Assembly: GCA_039809905.1 (NCBI GenBank)
Contig: JBDHVY010000001.1
Coordinates: forward strand, 1-32,000
DNA length: 32,000 nucleotides
DNA from: Candidatus Babelota bacterium
Lineage (GTDB): Bacteria; Babelota; Babeliae; Babelales; Vermiphilaceae
Direction: 5' to 3'
A model generated the notes under the pieces. That model was not told where the DNA came from, made no database searches, and saw nothing but the letters and a program-made list of their open reading frames with translations. Within the stretch, counting starts at the first letter, position 1, and the number at the start of each line of letters is the position of its first letter. Positions 23,272 through 30,775 of this stretch are shown here, one piece after another. Both the position numbers and the translations under genes were made by a program.

Positions 23272-24369
23272 TTATTTCTTATTCTTAATGCTTTTTTTAG
23301 TCTTTTTTTCATCCAAGCATTTAAATTTTTTTAATATCCCTAATTGTTCTTTGTCAATTACCGGAACTGGGGGATTAAACTTCGATAATTCTTTTTTTCT
23401 TTTACCAACTACTATGTTTAAACATCGATAATATCGAGGCAAATTATTCTCATTGCTATTTATTAAATCGTGGTGATAAAGTTTTGTCAATTGAGCGCAA
23501 CTGCCATCTTTTATAGGACTTTTTTTATCTAAAAACTTGTAAAAATAATCCATATTTTTTTCTATACTAATTCTTTCCATCTTGCATTGTGTTAAAAATG
23601 CTTTGTAAGAATTATTTATTAAAAACATAACTTTATCGCTTCCATTAAATAGAGCGCATTGCAGTAATCGCACAGACATAGAACTCATCTTTTGTCTATT
23701 TTCCCTGTCTTTCAAAAGATTATATAAAGATTTGATATCATTGTTTTGAATAAGAATATGTAATCCTAGTTCAAAATTATAATTGCGCAAATCTTTGGGA
23801 ATGGCTTTGAATGCTGTTTCAACCAAAGCAGAATTGCCTATAATGCATGAAGCTATGAATGGGTTTACTGGTTCTGATTTTTTATTCTTATTAATACATA
23901 CAATTTTAAATGCATCTTGTGTGTTATCAGGAAAAATCCATCCTATACGCTCAAATTTTCCGGATATGGAATAAAAACACTCATTCTGGAGCTTGTGTTC
24001 GGATACATACGTAATAAATTCAAGTTTTTTATCTCTAGATGTGAAAGTACCTTCATGTTCACAAATAGCTTGAATAATAATACGCGCAAAATCACGCTTA
24101 CTTGCGCATAAAGCTTTACAGATCATAAAATCTTGTACTGTTTGCCGAGATAGCTCATCACTGAAATATTTGTTTGTTAAACGCAAAGCATTTTTTGTAG
24201 AAGGATCAAGACTAGGCAACATATAACGAATTATCTCTTTAGGAAAAAAATCAAAAACGCCATTTCCTTGAGACGAATCCATTGACAATATAATAGAAGA
24301 AAAAAAAGTAACAAAGAATATAAAAGGTATTCGAAAATAAGAGGTAAGCATCTGTGTATAGTCTTTCAT
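23272..24369 (-). CDS. F-box-like protein with degenerate ankyrin-like repeats, paralogue 2
   Basis: 365 aa. FFPKEIIRYMLPSLDPSTKNALRLTNKYFSDEL fits the F-box pattern LPxEIxxxIxxxLxxxxxxxLxLVxKxW. NPFIASCIIGNSALVETAF / ELGLHILIQNNDIKSLYNLL are ankyrin-like. The start could instead be Met7. Confidence 0.7.
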   Translation of the reverse strand: MKDYTQMLTSYFRIPFIFFVTFFSSIILSMDSSQGNGVFDFFPKEIIRYMLPSLDPSTKNALRLTNKYFSDELSRQTVQDFMICKALCASKRDFARIIIQAICEHEGTFTSRDKKLEFITYVSEHKLQNECFYSISGKFERIGWIFPDNTQDAFKIVCINKNKKSEPVNPFIASCIIGNSALVETAFKAIPKDLRNYNFELGLHILIQNNDIKSLYNLLKDRENRQKMSSMSVRLLQCALFNGSDKVMFLINNSYKAFLTQCKMERISIEKNMDYFYKFLDKKSPIKDGSCAQLTKLYHHDLINSNENNLPRYYRCLNIVVGKRKKELSKFNPPVPVIDKEQLGILKKFKCLDEKKTKKSIKNKK

Positions 24370-24651
24370 GTTGAGAGTTATTTATCATTTGCATATAGCT
24401 TACAGTGTTTTATGTTTTTTGTAAAAATTTCTTATGGAATTTTAGCTCTTTTGCTCTATAAAATAATGCATTTTTCTTTAACATCACAACCCTTTTACAT
24501 AAATGATTAACATCAAGCTCCGTTAATCATGGGATATATTTATTAAACGATCAACGATATATTTATGCAAAAATAAAAAATGCGATGTATAAAGGCTTTT
24601 CTTTCCATTTCTATGTCAACAAACTTAAATTTTTTAACATGCTTTAAAAAA

Positions 24652-24710
24652 ACTTAAAAAAAATGCCACAATCAATGAAATTTTTATTCTTTTTTTCATC
24701 AATTGTGGCA
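24652..24710 (-). terminator. candidate terminator of the 24868-25527 gene
   Basis: Imperfect 17-bp inverted repeat TGCCACAATCAATGAAA (24664-24680) / TTTCATCAATTGTGGCA (24694-24710), 15/17, followed on the minus transcript by T8. Confidence 0.55.
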
Positions 24711-24867
24711 AACGTTTTTTACTAATGCCTAGAAAAATATTGCTGGAATAATTCTTGCAAAATAAGGTTAAATTTAAATGCGTTTTTGTTTTTTTTAAAA
24801 AAATATTTTTATTTTTTTTTTTTATAAAAACAAAAATTGTGATATATGCGAACTCATTTTTTTATCT

Positions 24868-25527
24868 TCACTCTTTCGACAATCGCACTCGCTCTTCTTC
24901 TATTTCTCGTGCTCGTTTACGGGTGAGCTCATCTCGCTCTTTTTGTTCTTGTGTTTTTGCCTCTCGTCGTATTGTAGCAATTCGCTCTTGCTCAGCTTCT
25001 TTAAGCTGTCGATCCCAAAACGCAGCTGTTTTTGCTTTTTCTAATTCTAATTCTGCTTGTTCATCTGCAGCAATTAACTTGTTGACTTCTCCCATATGCT
25101 CAGTTTGCATGTCACTTGCCGCTTTCTTTTTAGCTTCACGCATTTTTTGAGTTTGAAACAGATCAATAATAAAACCTTTAAAATTTTGCCAACCTAAAGA
25201 AATCCTTGTCATTAAATTATTTTGTTGAGGTTCAAAAGAATTGATAGGCACTGCATTTTTGGGCTCCTTTTTGCTGAACTCAGTTACTGGCTGGCTAGGC
25301 ACAAGCCCAAGTTTTTTAAATTCTTCATTTATCTTTTCTTCAGCTTCTTTTCTTTTTTTTTCTTGCAATCGTTGTTCTTCTCCACGTGAAGGATAAGGCC
25401 AACGAACATATCCTCTTCTTCCTACAGTGGTTGCTCTTTGCGCCGATCTTGTTGCTAGCATTGCATAGGAATTGATAGCACCAAAAACAGATACTCCTGC
25501 GATACTGTACATAACATATTTTTTCAT
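24868..25527 (-). CDS. secreted K/E-rich coiled-coil hypothetical protein
   Basis: The track ORF starts at 25539. ATG at 25527 follows GGGAG. Leader MKKYVMYSIAGVSVFGAINSYA|ML. The C-terminal half is charged heptad-like sequence (EAKKKAASDMQTEHMGEVNKLIAADEQAELELEKAK...). Confidence 0.8.
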   Translation of the reverse strand: MKKYVMYSIAGVSVFGAINSYAMLATRSAQRATTVGRRGYVRWPYPSRGEEQRLQEKKRKEAEEKINEEFKKLGLVPSQPVTEFSKKEPKNAVPINSFEPQQNNLMTRISLGWQNFKGFIIDLFQTQKMREAKKKAASDMQTEHMGEVNKLIAADEQAELELEKAKTAAFWDRQLKEAEQERIATIRREAKTQEQKERDELTRKRAREIEEERVRLSKE

Positions 25528-25654
25528 AACATCTCCCATTATTTTTATTACATCCTCAAGTATATAATAAAAACAAATATGAGCTCAATAAACTATTGTT
25601 ATTTATTTTTGGCCAAAAATACAATTATGATATATCACGATATGCTATAATCCA

Positions 25655-25692
25655 AACAAAAAACCCTTTTATCGTTGTATAGATAAAAGGAT
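25655..25692 (-). terminator. rho-independent terminator
   Basis: CCTTTTATC (25665-25673) / GATAAAAGG (25682-25690). The minus transcript continues GTTTTTTGTTT. Confidence 0.75.
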
Positions 25693-25715
25693 TTTATAAA
25701 AAATTTAAGTCTAAA

Positions 25716-26303
25716 TTATGAGTTCGCTGCTTTCATTTGCTCTTGTTTTTTAAATGCTCTTACTTTTCTATTAAAAGCAAGCCCTTCTTCTCGCTTAAGC
25801 AATAGGCATTCTCCACTGACAGCATTGTTATAAAGATTGGTCATTGTACCTTTTAGCTTTACTATTGCATCACGCTGAAATGAAGTTATTTTACCTAATG
25901 CAACTTTATAATCTAATTTTGCATCAGTATTTTTCGTCATAAAACTACGAAAAACTTTAACTGTATTCACTATACATGGATTAGCAAAAGAATTAACTAA
26001 AAAACCAAGATATCCTGAATGCCCCAAAGCATCAATATCACAGTCGTTAAGTTTTGCTCCTTCAGAACGAAGCATATTGATATGTAATCCTGGTGCTTTA
26101 TCTATAATCGCATCATAGAGCACTGTATGGCCATCTTCATCTATGTCATTAATCCTACTCGTATCTTTTGGAGAGCGTTTTGGGCCGAAAGGTTTTATTT
26201 TTATTGCCTTAGTAATGAGCCGAGCAGGATTCATACCATGCACTAAAGCCATATTACCGAATAAAGCAACAATAATTGCTAATAATATTTTAATTTTTTT
26301 CAT
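25716..26303 (-). CDS. secreted protein with one ankyrin-like repeat
   Basis: The track ORF starts at 26333. ATG at 26303 follows TAGGAGG. Leader MKKIKILLAIIVALFGNMALVHG|MN. DEDGHTVLYDAIIDKAPGLHINMLRSEGAKLND fits the ANK consensus (D.dG.T.L..A......v..Ll..GA..n). Confidence 0.75.
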   Translation of the reverse strand: MKKIKILLAIIVALFGNMALVHGMNPARLITKAIKIKPFGPKRSPKDTSRINDIDEDGHTVLYDAIIDKAPGLHINMLRSEGAKLNDCDIDALGHSGYLGFLVNSFANPCIVNTVKVFRSFMTKNTDAKLDYKVALGKITSFQRDAIVKLKGTMTNLYNNAVSGECLLLKREEGLAFNRKVRAFKKQEQMKAANS

Positions 26304-26442
26304 AATGCCTCCTAAAAATTGCCTATTATTCATATTTAATTATGCGAGAATATTTGCAATTTGTCAAATGCGGCTATTTTGATGCTTTATAGCATTATTC
26401 CCGCGCTAATTGCTCGTTTTTCTTGATCTGCTCAAGCTGAGC

Positions 26443-27369
26443 TTAGACATCCAACAAATTACTCATTTTTCTTTCAGGAGAAGCTTCCAATCGCTTAATT
26501 CGCTCAATATCTCCTAAATAAAGCTGGGTAGTAGTAGGAGCAGTGTGACGCATGGCAAGTTGTACTTCATAAAGCGAAGCCCCTGCTTGCATAGAAAGAA
26601 CACCAAAAGTGTGCCGAAGACTGTGGGCAGTAATACGCTTACTATCAAATCCTGCCGCACGCAAACGACTTTTAATAATGCGAGAAAGAGAATATATCGT
26701 TAAACGCTTACCATAATTACGATCACTTAAAGAAATAAAGAGCGGTTCTCGCTCACTTTTTACCACTCGCATTTGAAGATATTCATATAACGAGGTAAGT
26801 GTTTGTGGAGTTAGCAATACAAATTCATCTTTACTTGATCGCCCTTTTCCGTGAATCCATAATAACATTTCACCTCGCTGCTCATACATATCTTCTAATA
26901 ATGCTGATGCAACTTCTTTTAACCGCAATCCAGTACGCACCAAAATATTAATCAATGCAAAATCACGTTTACCGCACAGATCAGAACGATCAATTGAATC
27001 AAGCAATTTTTTAAGTGCATCAATTGATAACGATTCTTTTTGATGACTTTTTGAATAGCGTTTAATCCCTTTTACTCCTCGTGAAATATTAGGATACAAA
27101 TCACTTTCTTCTGTCCATAAAAAAAATCGCCGAACTACTACAATATACATTGCTTTAGTATATGAGCTGAGCTGTTTTGAATCGAGCCAGAATTTATATG
27201 ATAAAATTGTTTCTTTCTTAGGACTCAGTATTTGTTTTTCTTTGCACCAACGAGCAAATTGAACCAATGCATTGAGATACGATGAACGAGATGCAAGGGA
27301 AATATCTTGCGATGCAATAAAAGGATGGATAAATTCATCTATATTAAATGGTGTTGAAGTAGCATTCAT
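26443..27369 (-). CDS. tyrosine site-specific recombinase (XerC/XerD / phage-integrase family)
   Basis: The track ORF starts at 27402. ATG at 27369 follows AAAAGGA. Catalytic residues lie in TGLRLKEV (Arg), AHSLRHTFG (His-x-x-Arg) and AMRHTAPTTTQLYL (His...Tyr). N-terminal SAM-like core-binding domain. Confidence 0.9.
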   Translation of the reverse strand: MNATSTPFNIDEFIHPFIASQDISLASRSSYLNALVQFARWCKEKQILSPKKETILSYKFWLDSKQLSSYTKAMYIVVVRRFFLWTEESDLYPNISRGVKGIKRYSKSHQKESLSIDALKKLLDSIDRSDLCGKRDFALINILVRTGLRLKEVASALLEDMYEQRGEMLLWIHGKGRSSKDEFVLLTPQTLTSLYEYLQMRVVKSEREPLFISLSDRNYGKRLTIYSLSRIIKSRLRAAGFDSKRITAHSLRHTFGVLSMQAGASLYEVQLAMRHTAPTTTQLYLGDIERIKRLEASPERKMSNLLDV

Positions 27370-27408
27370 AAAAATCCTTTTTCTATACAGATATGATAAC
27401 AAAAAAAA

Positions 27409-27445
27409 TTGACCTATAACAGCATTGTTATGTAATCTATAGGTC
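27409..27445. promoter_or_regulatory. nested inverted repeat overlapping a sigma70-like promoter in the recombinase / zinc-finger divergent spacer
   Basis: Outer inverted repeat GACCTATA (27411-27418) / TATAGGTC (27438-27445). Inner inverted repeat ATAACA (27416-27421) / TGTTAT (27426-27431). TTGACC (27409-27414), 18-nt spacer, TAATCT (27433-27438) on the plus strand. Confidence 0.35.
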
Positions 27446-27491
27446 GTTATACCAGCACTAGTAATTTTTAACCAAAAAAGAAAAACCTATA

Positions 27492-28208
27492 ATGAAAAAA
27501 ATAGTAGCATATTCTTACCTATTCTTTTTTGCATGTTCGATTCAGCAACATTTATACAGTTCCATGCAAAAACCAAAACAAAAAGATCTCATGGTGGCTC
27601 TACAGGCAATGAAACGACCAAGAACAGAATATCTTGCAACACAAAACCCAAAAAAAGAAGATCTTGTACCAGCACTGCAAGCAATGAAAAGACCAAGACC
27701 TGAGTTTGTTGTAAATGAAAAAGCACCCAAAAGACAAAAAATAACAGCCAAAACTTTTGAACATGATAAAAATAAACATATAGAAAAGAAACGATATCCA
27801 TGCAATTTATGCCCTTCATCTTTTGATCAATCAAAATCTCTTGAAATACATACGAGAATTCATACAGGAGAAAGACCCTTCTCGTGTACTGAGTGCACAG
27901 ATTCGTTTATACGCAAGGAACATCTGACAAGACATATGAATATTCATACAGGAAAAAAGCCTTATGAATGTGCAACCTGTTTCAAATCATTTGCACTAAA
28001 GCAAACTCTCAAAGAACATATAAGAATTCATACAGGAGAAAAGCCATATAAGTGTGATTTATGCCCAAGATCATTTACGAAACTATACGGTTTAAATATT
28101 CATCGTGATACCCATAACGATGAAAAAAAATTCCCCTGTAATCTGTGTGATGAAAGATTTACCACGCATGGTAGTCGATCAAAGCATATAGAAAGAAAAC
28201 ATTCTTAA
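27492..28208 (+). CDS. eukaryote-type C2H2 (Krueppel-like) zinc-finger protein with five tandem fingers, Sec-like leader and NLS-like repeats
   Basis: 238 aa. Five C-x2-C-x12-H-x3/4-H units joined by HTGERPF / HTGKKPY / HTGEKPY linkers. N-terminus MKKIVAYSYLFFFACSIQQHLYSS|MQ, then two 23-aa repeats containing ALQAMKRPR. Stop lies 3 nt before the murD ATG. Confidence 0.9.
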   Translation: MKKIVAYSYLFFFACSIQQHLYSSMQKPKQKDLMVALQAMKRPRTEYLATQNPKKEDLVPALQAMKRPRPEFVVNEKAPKRQKITAKTFEHDKNKHIEKKRYPCNLCPSSFDQSKSLEIHTRIHTGERPFSCTECTDSFIRKEHLTRHMNIHTGKKPYECATCFKSFALKQTLKEHIRIHTGEKPYKCDLCPRSFTKLYGLNIHRDTHNDEKKFPCNLCDERFTTHGSRSKHIERKHS

Positions 28209-28211
28209 ATT

Positions 28212-29588
28212 ATGAAAACATTATATCAACACAGGCGCTTTGGTATTTGGGGATTTGGAATAGTGGGTAAAGCTGCAGCATGTTATCTGCATGAACAAGG
28301 ATATAACATAAGCATAATGGATAAGCGCACGCCAACACCAGAAGAACAACTTTTTTTACAAGAAAAAAAGATTACCTGGTACACAGAGCATGAACAAGAA
28401 TTATTTTTTAATTCTTCTGATTTCATTATTCCTTCTCCTGGTATTAACATAAGCCAAATGTGTTACGCGACACATAAAACAAAATGGATATCTGAGTTAG
28501 ATTTCTTTTATCAGAATTTTCACAAACCAATTATTGCCATTACGGGCAGCATTGGTAAAACTTCTACCACACATATCCTTGCAAATATTTTTAAAGAATT
28601 ATCCATTCCTATTGCAGTTGGTGGAAATATTGGAACACCAACTTTTGATCTTATTAATCAACAGAACAATGTTGATTACGCATTATTAGAAGTTTCAAGC
28701 TTTCAGTTAATGCATTGCACCGTTTTTGCACCAACAATTGCGATATGGACTAATTTTTATCCTAATCATCTTGATTATCACGAAACAGAAGATGAATATT
28801 TTTTGGCAAAATATAAAATTATAGAACAACAATCATCTCATACTTTTTCTTGTGTACCATTATCATTTCACAAAAGAATTCCTCACCCACCAACAAACCA
28901 TACCCGAGCATATTTCATATCTCATGAGCCAGAATTTGACCTTTCTATTTTGAATGACAATGAAGCACTGTATTACCAAAAAAATAATTTTATATGGCAA
29001 TATAGATCGGGAAATCACACTCCCCTTTTATTACTTACATCAGAAATACGCAATCTTTCTTTTATTGAAAATATAATCATAATTACTGCAATATGCGACA
29101 CAATGAATTTAGACATTGCAGCATTACAAAAAGTTGCCGTAAGCACTGCATTACCTGCTCATCGATTAGAAAACATTGGAAGTATAAATAATATAACTTT
29201 TTATAACGATTCTAAGGCAACAACTACGGCTTCCACTCTTGCTGCAGTTGAAAAATTAAAATCTTATCCTCTTCATCTTTTTCTTGGTGGATTAAGCAAA
29301 GGTGTTGATCGCGCACCTTTTATTGCTCAGTTAAAAGGCCACACAAAACATATTTATTGTTTTGGAGCAGAAGCAGAACAATTATATAGTATGTGTATAA
29401 ACAATAACATTTCTGCTATGCACTATGCTACTCTTTCTGATGCAATTGAAGCGTGTTTGATTCTTGCAGAACCTCATGATTATGTATTATTTTCACCGGC
29501 AGGAAGCAGCTATGATTTATATAAAAATTATGAAGAACGTGGCAATCATTTCAAAGAATTGATTGCCAGTCTTAGCCCCATCCTTTAA
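28212..29588 (+). CDS. murD: UDP-N-acetylmuramoylalanine--D-glutamate ligase
   Basis: 458 aa. N-terminal Rossmann-like GFGIVGKAAA, ATP-binding ITGSIGKTSTT, GGNIGTP, C-terminal Mur-ligase domain (FYNDSKATT). Confidence 0.95.
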   Translation: MKTLYQHRRFGIWGFGIVGKAAACYLHEQGYNISIMDKRTPTPEEQLFLQEKKITWYTEHEQELFFNSSDFIIPSPGINISQMCYATHKTKWISELDFFYQNFHKPIIAITGSIGKTSTTHILANIFKELSIPIAVGGNIGTPTFDLINQQNNVDYALLEVSSFQLMHCTVFAPTIAIWTNFYPNHLDYHETEDEYFLAKYKIIEQQSSHTFSCVPLSFHKRIPHPPTNHTRAYFISHEPEFDLSILNDNEALYYQKNNFIWQYRSGNHTPLLLLTSEIRNLSFIENIIIITAICDTMNLDIAALQKVAVSTALPAHRLENIGSINNITFYNDSKATTTASTLAAVEKLKSYPLHLFLGGLSKGVDRAPFIAQLKGHTKHIYCFGAEAEQLYSMCINNNISAMHYATLSDAIEACLILAEPHDYVLFSPAGSSYDLYKNYEERGNHFKELIASLSPIL

Positions 29589-29601
29589 TGGAGTGTGTTG
29601 T

Positions 29602-30714
29602 ATGTTTTCAAAAAAATTACCTTTATATGCTGATTTACGAGTCTTTCTGATAATAACGGCAACTCTTATTTTGATCGGATGTTTATTTGTATATTCTTCA
29701 AGCTCAGTCTATGCGCTTGAAACGTTTGGATCATCCTTATTTTTTGTAAAACGACAACTCGTAGGACTCGGCATTGGACTGATTGCATTGTGTATTGGAC
29801 GATCATTATCAATCAATTTTATTAAACAGTCTGCTCCATTTTTATTCTTAGGATCTCTTGCTTTAGTTGCTATGACCTTTTTTTCACCATTTTCACGCAC
29901 TATTCATGGTTCTAGCAGATGGCTTTCGTGTGCTGGTTTTTCATTTCAACCAAGTGAACTCCTTAAAATAACCTTACTTTTTTATGTCGCTTATTTTTTA
30001 GACAAAAAATCACAAAAAAAAACAATCTCTCTCAAGCACTATATTCCTTTTTGCACCTTGATCGCACTTATGTGTATAGCATTGTTAAAACAACCAGATT
30101 TTGGCATGACAATCACACTATTGCTCACGACTATCATTTTATTTTTTTGTGCACATGCAAACATCAAACATATAATTGTTACACTTATCGGACTTGCCAT
30201 GAGCGCTGCAGTACTCATTCTTTTTAGACCATATCGTTTACAACGTGTATTAACATTTTTAGACCCTTGGCAAGATCCAAAAGGTGCTGGCTTTCAAATC
30301 ATTCAATCTTTAATTGCTATTGGATCCGGTAACTGGCTTGGCACGGGCATTGCGCATTCACGTCAAAAATTCTTCTATTTACCTATGCAACATACTGATT
30401 TTATTTTCTCAATTATTGCAGAAGAAACAGGATTGATTGGATGCATATTTTTAATCACCCTTTTCATTTTATTATTATATTTTGGTATTCGTATTGCACA
30501 CCAACTTACCAACACTTTTAGTACGTTGGTTATTCTTGGGTTCATGATTCTTATTCATCTACAAACAGTAATGAATATGGCCGTTGCAACAGGGCTCGCT
30601 CCTACAAAAGGAGTTGGCATGCCATTTATTAGTTATGGAAACACATCACTTGTCTGTTATCTTTTTATGATTGGTGTTATTATAAATATGGTTCATGAAA
30701 AGAGAATTTCTTAA
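29602..30714 (+). CDS. ftsW: SEDS-family peptidoglycan polymerase / cell-division protein FtsW
   Basis: The track ORF starts at 29563 and overlaps murD. ATG at 29602 has GGAG upstream. Multi-pass membrane protein with QPSELLKI and LPMQHTDFIFSIIAEETGLIG motifs. murD-ftsW synteny. Confidence 0.93.
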   Translation: MFSKKLPLYADLRVFLIITATLILIGCLFVYSSSSVYALETFGSSLFFVKRQLVGLGIGLIALCIGRSLSINFIKQSAPFLFLGSLALVAMTFFSPFSRTIHGSSRWLSCAGFSFQPSELLKITLLFYVAYFLDKKSQKKTISLKHYIPFCTLIALMCIALLKQPDFGMTITLLLTTIILFFCAHANIKHIIVTLIGLAMSAAVLILFRPYRLQRVLTFLDPWQDPKGAGFQIIQSLIAIGSGNWLGTGIAHSRQKFFYLPMQHTDFIFSIIAEETGLIGCIFLITLFILLLYFGIRIAHQLTNTFSTLVILGFMILIHLQTVMNMAVATGLAPTKGVGMPFISYGNTSLVCYLFMIGVIINMVHEKRIS

Positions 30715-30775
30715 CTCATACATCATTTTCAAGAACTCAACAGAGTCTAGAAACAATAAAAATTTAAGGCAAAAC

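Noticed and set aside
22046-25150. Plus-strand track ORFs 22046-22438, 23117-23431, 23783-24111 and 24755-25150
   Set aside because: They overlap longer minus-strand genes that have SD sites and recognisable motifs. Their translations are low-complexity (S/F/L/I-rich), typical of antisense frames in AT-rich DNA.
496-27369. Prophage, suggested by a tail-fibre-like gene plus an integrase-family gene
   Set aside because: The two genes are about 23 kb apart and separated by housekeeping genes (ruvC, dnaB, rplI, argR, ileS). No capsid, portal, terminase, tail tube or lysis genes were recognised.
27492-28208. The C2H2 gene as eukaryotic contamination or assembly chimera
   Set aside because: Base composition and codon style match the flanking bacterial genes. 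The ORF is intronless with a bacterial-type leader, and it is separated from murD by only 3 nt and from a bacterial recombinase by a 122-nt spacer. Read-level confirmation is still advisable.
9416-30775. N-terminal extensions in the track for 9416, 13694, 25539, 26333, 27402, 29563 and 30695 starts
   Set aside because: In each case an internal ATG preceded by a clear GGAG/AGGA-type SD removes an overlap with the upstream gene or unstructured residues ahead of the leader. Starts were moved accordingly, but remain predictions.
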